Shown piece by piece: positions 47,789-57,138 of a stretch of DNA of 64,000 nucleotides. The notes beneath the pieces were generated by a model. That model was not told where the DNA came from. It did not search any database and was given only the letters and a program-made list of their open reading frames with translations. Within the stretch, counting starts at the first letter, position 1. Each line of letters begins with the position of its first letter. The translations under genes were made by a program, and so were the position numbers. This DNA is from Eubacteriales bacterium (GTDB lineage: Bacteria; Bacillota; Clostridia; Oscillospirales; CAG-272), in NCBI GenBank assembly GCA_045613205.1, contig JAZLAO010000093.1, positions 18,274-82,273 on the forward strand. The letters run 5' to 3'.

Positions 47789-48649
47789 TTAATCCTTGTC
47801 ATCCTGAGATTTTCTCAACAACTTTTTCGTAAGAAAAGAACGAAGAGATTCGGAACTGTAGTTTCTCGTCAACGTGCAATCGTATGCAACTGAAATAGTT
47901 CCGGTTTCCTCGGACACTACGATAACTATAGCGTCGCTGGTCTCGCTCATACCGATAGCGGCTCTGTGTCTTGTGCCAAGGTCAGCATCCACATCGGTTC
48001 TCCTTGTAAGAGGAAGAAGACATCCGGCTGCGGCAATACGCGCGTCGTCTATCACTATTGCGCCGTCGTGCAGAGGTGCTTTATCAAAGAATATGTTGCG
48101 AATCAAAAACGAATTAACATCCGAATTGATAGCAATTCCCGTTTCGATAATATCGTCAAGCTTCGTAGTTCTGGAAATTACAATCAAAGCTCCGGTCTTG
48201 GTTTTTGAAAGGTCGTTAACAGCTGAACATATCTGCTCGATAGCCTTAGAATACATCTGTCTTTTTCGCTTCTGGTCGCCAAATGACATAATGCCCACCA
48301 TCGAGCCGGAACCGACTTTTTCAAGCGCATCGCGTATTTCAGGCTGAAAAAGTATTATGAGCGCCAGAACTCCGATATCAAGGATTGCGGAAAAGATAAA
48401 ATGAGTAGCGTTTAGATTAAACAAATATGCCACGTAAGTAAGGGTGACTGTCAGAACAACTCCCACAAGCAAAACACCTGCTTTTCTGCTTTTGAAAAAA
48501 CGAAAAGCAAAAAACAAGATAGCTGTAAGAAGTAATATATCTATAACATCATTGGCGCCAAATTCCTGCAATGCATTCTTTACAGCCGCGAAAAATCTCG
48601 AAAAAGCACTGCCGACATCGCCTACGGAAGTCTTAAGTATCGTATTCAT
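47789..48649 (-). CDS. cdaA: Diadenylate cyclase CdaA (membrane-anchored DisA_N/DAC domain)
   Basis: Three N-terminal TM helices and DAC motifs (DGAIVI and GTRHRAA). The ATG at 48649 is 6 nt after GAGG. Confidence 0.9.
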   Translation of the reverse strand: MNTILKTSVGDVGSAFSRFFAAVKNALQEFGANDVIDILLLTAILFFAFRFFKSRKAGVLLVGVVLTVTLTYVAYLFNLNATHFIFSAILDIGVLALIILFQPEIRDALEKVGSGSMVGIMSFGDQKRKRQMYSKAIEQICSAVNDLSKTKTGALIVISRTTKLDDIIETGIAINSDVNSFLIRNIFFDKAPLHDGAIVIDDARIAAAGCLLPLTRRTDVDADLGTRHRAAIGMSETSDAIVIVVSEETGTISVAYDCTLTRNYSSESLRSFLTKKLLRKSQDDKD

Positions 48650-48773
48650 ATAAAACCTCAAAGCTTTAAAAGCAATAAAATTATTATAATTTATAATATA
48701 ACAGATTAATTATACCACACTTTCAGTATAAATGCAATGGTTTTAAAAAAAATATTTTATTTACAAAAATCCA

Positions 48774-48802
48774 TTGACTTTCCTTCCTTAATATGCTATG
48801 AT
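48774..48802 (+). promoter_or_regulatory. Promoter of the crp-ABC operon
   Basis: TTGACT, a 17-nt spacer, then TATGAT. Confidence 0.5.
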
Positions 48803-48831
48803 TGTATCAAATGATACACTTTCGAGGGAAT

Positions 48832-49506
48832 ATGAAAAGTAATCTATATGATTTTTTATCCTGCGTTTTTCTTTTTCGGGGTATGGAAAAAGATGCACTT
48901 GCCGACGTAATAAAAAATATTACCCCGGAAATAAAAACATACTCCTGCAAGGAAGAAATATACACTCCAAACGATTACGAGCACAAGCTTTGCTTTATAG
49001 TGAATGGTGAATGCGCGGTAGAAAGGGTCAAAGGAGACGGAAATTCCGTGCCTCTGAATTTACTAAAAAAAGGCGATTCCTTTGGGATAATGACAATACT
49101 CTCTTGTGAAGACGAATTTCCCACTCGAATAGTTGCCAAACGAACCTCGGAAATACTTTTCATTTCAAAAGAAGATACCCTGAAGATTATAAATAAATAC
49201 CCGCAGATTGCGATGAACGTAATTGCCTTTCTCTCAAACAAAATTTCTTTTTTGAACAGCAAAATCGCCACTTTTTCTTCTTCCAGCGTAGAAGAAAAGC
49301 TTTCAAACTATATTTTGTCGGAACACAAGAAACAGAAATCCGACGTGCTCCCCTTCAACTGCAAAAAAAGTGCAGAAGCTATCAGCGCCGGCAGGGCTTC
49401 TCTGTACAGAGCGATAGCCGCGCTCTCTGATTTGGGAATCATAAAGCTTGAAAACAAAAAAATTTATATATTAGACCCAAAAGGTCTCGAAAGGAACTCA
49501 AAATGA
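48832..49506 (+). CDS. Crp/Fnr-family transcriptional regulator
   Basis: A cNMP-binding-like beta-roll (LFRGMEKDAL...GDSFGIMTIL) and a C-terminal HTH (SAEAISAGRASLYRAIAALSDLGII). It has no Fnr-type N-terminal Cys cluster. The ATG at 48832 lies downstream of the predicted -10. Confidence 0.8.
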   Translation: MKSNLYDFLSCVFLFRGMEKDALADVIKNITPEIKTYSCKEEIYTPNDYEHKLCFIVNGECAVERVKGDGNSVPLNLLKKGDSFGIMTILSCEDEFPTRIVAKRTSEILFISKEDTLKIINKYPQIAMNVIAFLSNKISFLNSKIATFSSSSVEEKLSNYILSEHKKQKSDVLPFNCKKSAEAISAGRASLYRAIAALSDLGIIKLENKKIYILDPKGLERNSK

Positions 49507-50492
49507 AAAAACTTTTAGCAACAATCCTGATTCTCTCCCTTTCACTTTTCCTCTTCGCAGGATGCGGTGATACCCCCGACCCCGACAACACGCAATTAAG
49601 AGTCGGTTTTTTATCCGGTCCAACCGGCATCGGAATGGCAAAGCTGATTAACGACAACGGCGGACTTGAAGGAAATGAAAAATATTCCTTCCGCTCATAT
49701 GCAGCAGAAAAACAGCCTACAACAATAGCGAAGGGCGAGCTGCTTACAGGCAAGGTCGACGTTATCTGTCTTCCAACCAACGAAGCGGCAGCATATTACA
49801 ACTCAGAAGATGACAGGTGTGTTGTACTTTCGATAAACACACTTAATACGCTTTTCTTCATAAGCGACGAAAACAACACTATCAATTCCCTTTCCGATCT
49901 TAACGGAAAAACAATCTACACCTGTGAAAACGGAACTCCCAAAACCGTACTCAAGCATCTTCTTGAAAAAGCAAAAATCGATGCTACAATTTCAACAAAA
50001 GACGGAAGCATCGGCTCACCCGACGACCTCAAGCAGCAAATAATCGCAGGCGCAGTTCCAATCGCCTTTGCTCCCGAGCCCATTGTTTCAGCTTCGGCAT
50101 TTGCAAGAAGCAATTCTAACAAAACACCCTACTCGGTTGACCTTTCTTGCGATGAGCTTTGGGAGGCTAACTGTGACAGCACTCTTGCAATGGGATGCAT
50201 AGTTGCAAGCAAGACATTTGTCGAAAGCCACCCCACTGTAATCGATGCTTTTCTCGAGGAATACAAAGCTTCTATCGAGTATATTTCCAATGCGCAAAAT
50301 GTTGATTCTGCCGCAGAATATGTCAAGAATGCAGGAATTCTTCCGAATTTAAACGTTGCAAAATCCGCATTGGCAAATCTCGGAAATTCAATCACATACA
50401 TTGACGGAGCCGATATGAAGACTATGCTCGAAGCCTTCTACAAGGAGATTGGAATAACAGCTCCGGACGACTTCTTCTATTATGAAAAATAA
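49503..50492 (+). CDS. ABC-transporter substrate-binding lipoprotein (NitT/TauT / NMT1-like family)
   Basis: A signal peptide with a lipobox (LFLFAGC). LRVGFLSGPTGIGMAKL is typical of this SBP class. An ATGA overlap couples it to crp. Confidence 0.75.
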   Translation: MKKLLATILILSLSLFLFAGCGDTPDPDNTQLRVGFLSGPTGIGMAKLINDNGGLEGNEKYSFRSYAAEKQPTTIAKGELLTGKVDVICLPTNEAAAYYNSEDDRCVVLSINTLNTLFFISDENNTINSLSDLNGKTIYTCENGTPKTVLKHLLEKAKIDATISTKDGSIGSPDDLKQQIIAGAVPIAFAPEPIVSASAFARSNSNKTPYSVDLSCDELWEANCDSTLAMGCIVASKTFVESHPTVIDAFLEEYKASIEYISNAQNVDSAAEYVKNAGILPNLNVAKSALANLGNSITYIDGADMKTMLEAFYKEIGITAPDDFFYYEK

Positions 50493-51225
50493 GCTCAAAT
50501 CGGCTTTAAAAATAATAATCCCCATTGCTTTTTGGCTTGCCGTTTGGGAAGTATGCGCCTTAATTTTAGACTTTCAATATTTTCTTCCTGACATTATTGC
50601 AACGCTTAAGGCTATGGGAAAAATAATCATATCTCCCGAAACCTACAGCATACTTTTCAAAACCTTCTCAAGAGTTATAATTTCAATCATTATCAGCGCA
50701 ATATTCGCTGTTATTCTTGCTGTTTTTTCGCACAAATACGAGCCTGTAAGAATAATGTTTTCACCCCTTCTGGCAGTGATGAAATCTGTGCCGGTCGCTA
50801 TATTTTCGGTGCTTTTCTACGTATTCATACGCGGTGAGGTTATTCCAGTTTTAATCGCTTTCTTTATGATTATGCCTATGATATGGCAAAACCTTCTTGA
50901 CGGCTACAACTCAATAGACAAAAATCTATATGAGGTCTGTCAGGCATATGAATTTTCACCCAAAAAGCGTCTTAAGGTTTTAATTTTTCCCGCGCTTATA
51001 AAGTATTTTATTCCTGCTTTAATTACCTCTGTGGGATTTGCATGGAAGGCTGTAATTTCCTCTGAAATCCTGGTCAGAACCGTGGATTCCGTAGGACTTA
51101 TGATATCGGATTCTAAATATCAGATGGATACGGCAACATCATTTGCGTGGACCTTTATCGCAGTTATTTTAAGCATTGCTCTTGAAAAAATTGTAAAACA
51201 ACTGCTTGGGAGATGTAAGATATGA
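50482..51225 (+). CDS. ABC-transporter permease (NitT/TauT family)
   Basis: Six TM helices and an EAA-like loop (EVCQAYEFSPKKRLKVLIFPAL). Confidence 0.8.
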   Translation: MKNKLKSALKIIIPIAFWLAVWEVCALILDFQYFLPDIIATLKAMGKIIISPETYSILFKTFSRVIISIIISAIFAVILAVFSHKYEPVRIMFSPLLAVMKSVPVAIFSVLFYVFIRGEVIPVLIAFFMIMPMIWQNLLDGYNSIDKNLYEVCQAYEFSPKKRLKVLIFPALIKYFIPALITSVGFAWKAVISSEILVRTVDSVGLMISDSKYQMDTATSFAWTFIAVILSIALEKIVKQLLGRCKI

Positions 51226-51806
51226 GCTTGACACTTTCAAACATTAGTAAAAAATTCGGTGATAAAATAATATTTGAGAATTTTTCTTATGAATTTTCAG
51301 ATACAGGAATCTATGCACTTATCGGTGACAGCGGTACAGGAAAAACTACCCTGCTGCGAATGATATCCGGACTTGATACATCATACAGCGGAAGCATTAT
51401 TGGCGGTGGAATACAAAACACAGCCTTTGCTTTTCAGGAATACCGTCTTTTTCCGCATCTCACAGCTCTGGAAAACGTAGTTGTTGCCAACGGAGCTCTT
51501 GACGATTCTGCGCTTTTAGAAAAGAGTAAAGAGTTTTTAATGAAGCTTGGATTTACAGATTCGGATTTATCTCTTTTCCCCTCGGAATTATCCGGCGGAA
51601 TGAAGCAGCGCGTTTCACTCGTTCGTTCATTTATAAGAAACACACCGATTTTGCTTCTTGACGAGCCGACAAAAGAGCTTGATGAAAGTCTCAAAAAAAT
51701 TCTCTACAAGTTTATTTTAGATGAGGGAAAAAAGCGTCTGGTAATACTCGTTTCACACCACAATGAAGATTTAGAAAATTTAAATGCAATAAAAATAAAC
51801 ATATGA
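51222..51806 (+). CDS. ABC-transporter ATP-binding protein (short, 194 aa)
   Basis: Walker A (GDSGTGKTT), Q-loop (FQEYRLFP), signature (LSGGMKQR), Walker B (LLLDEP) and H-loop (VSHH). Confidence 0.88.
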   Translation: MSLTLSNISKKFGDKIIFENFSYEFSDTGIYALIGDSGTGKTTLLRMISGLDTSYSGSIIGGGIQNTAFAFQEYRLFPHLTALENVVVANGALDDSALLEKSKEFLMKLGFTDSDLSLFPSELSGGMKQRVSLVRSFIRNTPILLLDEPTKELDESLKKILYKFILDEGKKRLVILVSHHNEDLENLNAIKINI

Positions 51807-51812
51807 ATTTAA

Positions 51813-51840
51813 GGCGGAGCTCTGCGGCTCCGCCTTCTTT
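51813..51840 (+). terminator. Terminator of the ABC operon
   Basis: ggcggagc / gctccgcc stem with a 6-nt loop, followed by TTCTTT. Confidence 0.65.
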
Positions 51841-51861
51841 ATATTAAATATTAAAAATGTA

Positions 51862-51890
51862 TTGACTTTTTTGGGATTTGGTGGTATAGT
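51862..51890 (+). promoter_or_regulatory. Promoter of the decarboxylase operon
   Basis: TTGACT (51862-51867), a 17-nt spacer, then an extended -10, TGgTATAGT (51882-51890). Confidence 0.55.
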
Positions 51891-51976
51891 ATATTTGGTG
51901 AAAATTGGGCTAAATAAGATTTTGCTGTCAATTTTACCGAAAATAGTTATTAATATGGAAGGAGAGATTTGCCAAA

Positions 51977-53434
51977 ATGGCAAATCGGGAATTCGGTTTG
52001 AACAAATACACAAAAACTGAAATCTGTGGACTTCCGACAGTCAAGGAACTTCGCGCTTCCCTTCTTGCAGGTGAAAATTCCACCGCAAGAGAGCGTCTTG
52101 CTCTTCTCTTCGACAAAAACACCTTTGTTGAGACAAGTGCATACGCAAAGCGTAGTTTTTCCGACTTTTTGTCCACGGAAAGTGCAAATGAATTTGAGGG
52201 CGTTATTTGCGGATACGGTGCAATAGACGGCAAACTCATATTCGCATTTGCAGAGGATTCTTCAAGAATGGGTGGCGTTATTGACGAGCGTCACGCAAAG
52301 AAAATTGCCGACACGTACAAGCTCGCAATGGAAAACGGCGCTCCCATCATCGCTATTTTCGATTCTAACGGCACTGACATTTTCGAAGGCACGGTCGGCC
52401 TCGCAGCCTACGCAAAAATCATGGCTTGCGTTTCGAAGGCTTCGGGTGTTATTCCTCAGATTGCTTTCGTTTCCGGAAAATGTATCGGAACTGCAGCCGC
52501 TATTGCTTCGATGTTTGACTTCGTAGTTAAGAGCTCTGAAGCTGAGTTCTACGTTTCCTCACCCAACCTTACCGGTGCAGAAAACGCGCAGGACACTACC
52601 CTTGCATACACTGCTTCTGCAGACCAGTGCGCGGCATACATAAGAAGCCTCGTTTCCTATATCCCAAATAACGCTTCAGAGGGCGTTATTGTTAACGAGT
52701 GCACAGATAACCTCAACAAGATGCTTGGTGAACTTGATTTTGCAGGCGATTCCCTCGCTGCAATTTCGGTAATTGCAGATAACAGCATATTCTACGAGGT
52801 TGCTCACGATTTTGAGCCGGGTGTTGCTACAGCATTTGCCACTGTCGGAGGCGTAAAATGCGGTATCGTTGCAAACGCATTTTCTCAAAACGACGGAAAA
52901 ATCTCGGTTTCTGTTGCAAGAAAGATTTCGAAATTTGTTAATTTCTGCGATGCTTTCTCTATTCCCGTAGTTACTCTTGTTGATTCACTCGGTCTTGCCG
53001 TTGAAAAAGACAATGAGCGTTCATACTTCGCTTCTGAGCTTGCAAAGCTTGCATTTGCTTATTCGACCGCTTCGGTTCCCAAAATAACAGTCATTCTCGG
53101 TCACGCAATAGGCGCTGCCTTCGTTCTTCTTGGCTCAAAGGCACTCGGTGCAGACCTCGTTTACGCAACTGACAATTCCGAAATCGGCGCTCTTTCTGCT
53201 GAAAGCGGTGTTGCATTTGCGTGGGATAAATATATCACTCTTGAAAAAACTCGCGAGGAGCTTATAGGTGAATGGAAGGCTTCGGTTTCCTCTCCTGCTG
53301 TAGCTGCAGCCAGCGGTGAAATCGATGACATTATAAGCGTGAATGAATTGAGAGCGAGAATCTGCTCTGCACTTCTGATGCTTGCAACTAAGAACACCTC
53401 CATTGTTGCTCGTCGCAAAGTGCTTCCTCTCTAA
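51977..53434 (+). CDS. Acyl-CoA carboxyltransferase, 12S/MmdA/PccB family, divergent
   Basis: A two-lobed crotonase-type carboxyltransferase layout (MGGVIDERHAKKI...APIIAIFDSNGTDIFEG...IPQIAFVSGKCIGTAAA; second lobe GGVKCGIVAN...FCDAFSIPVVTLVDSLG...VPKITVILGHAIGAAF). Confidence 0.8.
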   Translation: MANREFGLNKYTKTEICGLPTVKELRASLLAGENSTARERLALLFDKNTFVETSAYAKRSFSDFLSTESANEFEGVICGYGAIDGKLIFAFAEDSSRMGGVIDERHAKKIADTYKLAMENGAPIIAIFDSNGTDIFEGTVGLAAYAKIMACVSKASGVIPQIAFVSGKCIGTAAAIASMFDFVVKSSEAEFYVSSPNLTGAENAQDTTLAYTASADQCAAYIRSLVSYIPNNASEGVIVNECTDNLNKMLGELDFAGDSLAAISVIADNSIFYEVAHDFEPGVATAFATVGGVKCGIVANAFSQNDGKISVSVARKISKFVNFCDAFSIPVVTLVDSLGLAVEKDNERSYFASELAKLAFAYSTASVPKITVILGHAIGAAFVLLGSKALGADLVYATDNSEIGALSAESGVAFAWDKYITLEKTREELIGEWKASVSSPAVAAASGEIDDIISVNELRARICSALLMLATKNTSIVARRKVLPL

Positions 53435-53450
53435 TTATCGGAGGGTTAAT

Positions 53451-53798
53451 ATGAATAACTTTATTCTCTCTATATCTGCAGACCAGTATGCCGAAAAGCT
53501 TAATTTTTCCGAAGCTCTTGGCTTTGGCGGTCAGATGATTCTTCTCGGTATGGGGGCTGTTTTTGCAGTTCTTGGAATAATCTGGGCAATTCTTACCGTT
53601 TTTAAAATGGTATTTACAAACACAAACAAAAAAGAAAAGCCCGTCAAAGTCAAAGAAGAAAGCGTTGTTTCTGCTCCCGCGCCCGTTTATACTGCCGACA
53701 CGGAAATTGTTGCAGTTATTGCGGCAGCTATCGCAATGGCTGAAGCAGAAAGCGGAAGCAACCTGAAGTTCAGAGTTGTATCTTTTAAAAGAAAATAA
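53451..53798 (+). CDS. OadG/MmdD-like small membrane subunit of Na+-translocating decarboxylase
   Basis: 115 aa with a single N-terminal TM helix (GGQMILLGMGAVFAVLGIIWAILTVF) and an Ala-rich tail (EIVAVIAAAIAMAEA). The ATG at 53451 is 5 nt after GGAGGG. Confidence 0.65.
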   Translation: MNNFILSISADQYAEKLNFSEALGFGGQMILLGMGAVFAVLGIIWAILTVFKMVFTNTNKKEKPVKVKEESVVSAPAPVYTADTEIVAVIAAAIAMAEAESGSNLKFRVVSFKRK

Positions 53799-53831
53799 TT
53801 CACTATACGATAATACGAAAGGATTTACAAA

Positions 53832-54227
53832 ATGAAAAAGTATAATATAACTGTTAATGGCACGACCTACGAGGTTGTTGTAGAGGAAGCCGGTGAAGTC
53901 GCACAGGCACCCGTTGTTTCCGCGCCTATCGTTTCTGCTCCCGCAGTTTCTGCCGCTCCTGCCGCTCCCGCGGCCGCTCCTAAGGCAGCTCCCGCAGCAA
54001 GCGGTGCACAGGGCGCAAACAAGGTTACAGCTCCAATGCCCGGAACTATTCTTGACGTTAAGGTTTCTGTTGGTCAGAGCGTAAAGAAGGGCGACGTTAT
54101 CTGTGTTCTTGAGGCTATGAAAATGGAGAATGACATTCCTGCGCCCTGCGACGGTGTCGTTGCTTCTGTTAGCGTTCAGAAGGGCGCTTCGGTCAACGCA
54201 AACGACGTAATTGCTACACTTAACTAA
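53832..54227 (+). CDS. Biotin carboxyl carrier protein (1.3S/MmdC-like)
   Basis: An Ala/Pro linker and a biotinyl domain with EAMKMEN. Confidence 0.85.
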   Translation: MKKYNITVNGTTYEVVVEEAGEVAQAPVVSAPIVSAPAVSAAPAAPAAAPKAAPAASGAQGANKVTAPMPGTILDVKVSVGQSVKKGDVICVLEAMKMENDIPAPCDGVVASVSVQKGASVNANDVIATLN

Positions 54228-54253
54228 TTTATTTTGCGGCAGAGGTAATATAA

Positions 54254-55483
54254 ATGTTAGATGCTGTCAAAAACTTTTTAGGCTCAACCGGCATTAGTAA
54301 ATTATTTGCCGAGAGCAATTGGTGGCAATACATAGTTATGTACGTCATCGTTGGCGTTCTCTTCTATCTTGCTATTGTCAAAAAATTTGAGCCGCTGCTT
54401 TTAATGCCTATTGCATTCGGTATGCTGCTTGCCAACCTCCCCGGTGCAAATCTTATGCACCTCGATTTCTTCTTCGACGATTACTATATTGAACAATATG
54501 GAGCTCAGTTGCTCGTAGATGGGCACGTACCGATGTCACGAATCATTGAAGAAGTAATCAACAAAGGCGGTCTGCTTGATATTCTATACCTTGGCGTTAA
54601 GCTCGGTGTTTATCCCTCGCTTATATTCCTTGGCGTTGGTGCTATGACCGACTTCTCTCCCCTTATTTCCAATCCAAAGTCACTCTTTATGGGAGCGGGC
54701 GCACAGCTCGGTGTTTTCGTAGCCTTCTTTGGAGCGCTTCTGCTTGGATTCACTCCTATGGAAGCCGGCTCTATAGGAATTATCGGCGGCGCCGACGGCC
54801 CTACGGCAATACTTGTTACGAAAACTCTTGCACCCCATCTTCTCGGTGCGATAGCAATAGCCGCATACTCGTATATGGCACTTATTCCTATCATTCAGCC
54901 TCCTTTTATGAAGCTCTTGACTACCGAAAAGGAACGTTCGATAAAGATGACTAACCTTCGTTCCGTTTCCAAGGTTGAAAAGGTTATATTCCCTATCGTC
55001 GTTACACTTATAGTTACTCTTATCGTTCCTGACGCGGCTCCTCTCGTAGGATTTTTGATGCTTGGAAACCTCTTTAACGTTTCCGGCGTTTCCGACAGAC
55101 TTTCAAAAACCGCGCAAAACGAGCTCATCAATATAGTTACTATTTTCCTCGGAGTTTCGGTCGGTGCTACAGCAAATGCCGAGAACTTCCTTAAGCTTGA
55201 AACAATTTACATAATCCTTCTTGGACTTTGCGCATTCATAATTTCTACTTGCGGCGGACTCATTACCGGTAAGATCATGTGTAAGCTTTCAGGAGGAAAA
55301 ATAAATCCGCTTATCGGTTCGGCAGGTGTTTCTGCCGTTCCCATGGCAGCAAGAGTTGCCCAGGACGTAGGACGCAAGACTGACCCCTCAAACTTCCTGC
55401 TTATGCACGCTATGGGCCCCAACGTCGCAGGCGTTATCGGTTCAGCTGTTGCCGCAGGCGTATTCCTCAGTTTCTTCGGCTAA
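54254..55483 (+). CDS. Na+-translocating decarboxylase beta subunit (OadB/MmdB/GcdB family)
   Basis: 409 aa and polytopic, with conserved stretches GIIGGADGPTA, LIGSAGVSAVPMAARV and LLMHAMGPNVAGVIGSA. Confidence 0.9.
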   Translation: MLDAVKNFLGSTGISKLFAESNWWQYIVMYVIVGVLFYLAIVKKFEPLLLMPIAFGMLLANLPGANLMHLDFFFDDYYIEQYGAQLLVDGHVPMSRIIEEVINKGGLLDILYLGVKLGVYPSLIFLGVGAMTDFSPLISNPKSLFMGAGAQLGVFVAFFGALLLGFTPMEAGSIGIIGGADGPTAILVTKTLAPHLLGAIAIAAYSYMALIPIIQPPFMKLLTTEKERSIKMTNLRSVSKVEKVIFPIVVTLIVTLIVPDAAPLVGFLMLGNLFNVSGVSDRLSKTAQNELINIVTIFLGVSVGATANAENFLKLETIYIILLGLCAFIISTCGGLITGKIMCKLSGGKINPLIGSAGVSAVPMAARVAQDVGRKTDPSNFLLMHAMGPNVAGVIGSAVAAGVFLSFFG

Positions 55484-55504
55484 TATATTGAAAGGAAAAA
55501 CAAA

Positions 55505-56905
55505 ATGTCAAAAGTTTTAATAACAGAAACAGTCCTCCGTGATGCGCATCAATCTCTCGCGGCAACCCGTATGACTACCGAGGAGATGATTCCGATTCTC
55601 GAGGATATGGATAAAGTAGGTTACTATTCCCTTGAGGCTTGGGGCGGTGCTACGTTTGATACCTGCCTCAGATTCCTTCACGAAGACCCTTGGACGAGAC
55701 TTCGTACCATTAGAGACCACGTTAAGAACACAAAGCTTCAGATGCTCTTCCGCGGTCAGAACATTCTTGGCTACCGTCATTATGCCGACGACGTGGTCGA
55801 ATACTTCGTTCAGAAATCAATCGCAAACGGTATTGATATAATCCGTATATTCGACGCTCTTAACGACGCAAGAAACCTTGAAACAGCTATAAAGGCAACA
55901 ATCAAGGAAGGCGGTCACGTTCAAGCCGCTATATCCTATACAACATCCCCATTCCATACCAACGACAGCTTTGCAGATTACGCAAAAAGACTCGAGGATA
56001 TGGGTGCTAACTCAATCTGTATCAAGGATATGTCGGGCCTTCTTAAGCCATTTGATGCATTCCAGCTCGTTAAATCACTTAAGAAAACGGTTAAAATTCC
56101 GATTCACCTTCATACCCACTATACCGCAGGTCTTGGCTCAATGACTCTTCTTAAAGCTATTGAGGCTAACGTCGACGGTGTTGATACGGCTATATCTCCT
56201 CTTGCAATGGGAACTTCGCACACACCTACAGAATCGCTTGTTGCTACTCTTAGCAACACTCCTTACGACACCGGACTTGAGCTTGAGAAGCTCGACGTTG
56301 TTGCTAAGCATTTCAACAAAATCCGCGAAAAATACCTGGCAGACGGTCTTATCGACCCCAAGGTTCTTAAGGTTGACGTAAACACTCTTCGTTATCAGGT
56401 TCCGGGCGGTATGCTCTCAAACCTTATCTCGCAGCTTAAGATGGCAGGAAAATCCGACAAGCTTGACGAGGTTCTTGAAGAGGTTGCAAGAGTTCGTGAG
56501 GACGCAGGATATCCCCCGCTTGTTACTCCTACCTCGCAGATAGTCGGCACGCAGGCGGTTAACAACGTAATCTTCGCTGATGAAGGCAGATATGCAAGAG
56601 TTACCAAGGAATTCAAGGGACTTGTCCGCGGTGATTACGGAAAATGCCCTGCTCCCGTTTCTGAAAACTTCAGAAAAATGATTATCGGTGATGACGACGT
56701 TATAGATTACAGACCCGCTGATAAAATTGCTCCCGAAATTGATGCACTCCGTCAGAGAGTTGCGCCCTATCAGGAACAGGATGAGGACCTTCTTTCTCTT
56801 GCCCTTTTCGAGCAGGTTGCAATCAAATATTTCGACTGGAGAAAACAGCAGAAGTACAACCTTGATAATAACGCTGACGTTGCCAACGGTATACACTGTA
56901 TTTAA
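55505..56905 (+). CDS. Oxaloacetate decarboxylase alpha / transcarboxylase 5S-type carboxyltransferase, without a biotinyl domain
   Basis: A TIM-barrel carboxyltransferase (ITETVLRDAHQSL...CIKDMSGLL...HLHTHYTAG) plus the conserved carboxylase C-terminal region. There is no xMKM biotinylation motif anywhere in its 466 aa. Confidence 0.85.
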   Translation: MSKVLITETVLRDAHQSLAATRMTTEEMIPILEDMDKVGYYSLEAWGGATFDTCLRFLHEDPWTRLRTIRDHVKNTKLQMLFRGQNILGYRHYADDVVEYFVQKSIANGIDIIRIFDALNDARNLETAIKATIKEGGHVQAAISYTTSPFHTNDSFADYAKRLEDMGANSICIKDMSGLLKPFDAFQLVKSLKKTVKIPIHLHTHYTAGLGSMTLLKAIEANVDGVDTAISPLAMGTSHTPTESLVATLSNTPYDTGLELEKLDVVAKHFNKIREKYLADGLIDPKVLKVDVNTLRYQVPGGMLSNLISQLKMAGKSDKLDEVLEEVARVREDAGYPPLVTPTSQIVGTQAVNNVIFADEGRYARVTKEFKGLVRGDYGKCPAPVSENFRKMIIGDDDVIDYRPADKIAPEIDALRQRVAPYQEQDEDLLSLALFEQVAIKYFDWRKQQKYNLDNNADVANGIHCI

Positions 56906-56944
56906 TTCTACGTCGCATTTATGCGAAAGTTAATAATAACAACA

Positions 56945-57020
56945 GGCAGAGGTGCAAAAAGCTCCTCTGCCTAAAAGTATCTTATATGAGAAAACCAAGG
57001 TTAAAGCCTTCGGTTTTCTC
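56945..57020 (+). terminator. Two tandem hairpins terminating the decarboxylase operon
   Basis: ggcagagg / cctctgcc (56945-56971), and gagaaaaccaagg / ccttcggttttctc (56988-57020) followed by ATTTTC. Confidence 0.6.
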
Positions 57021-57100
57021 ATTTTCTATTGCTTAAAATCATCCGATTAATCAAGCTGATAACGAAGACTTCCGGTGAAGCCTTCGTTATACAAAAATAA

Positions 57101-57127
57101 TTGGCGAAGAGATTTCCTCTTCGCCAA
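57101..57127 (-). terminator. Terminator of the secreted-protein operon
   Basis: ttggcgaagag / ctcttcgccaa, an 11-bp stem with a 5-nt loop, followed on the minus strand by TTATTTTTG. Confidence 0.7.
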
Positions 57128-57138
57128 TATCTTTTTAA

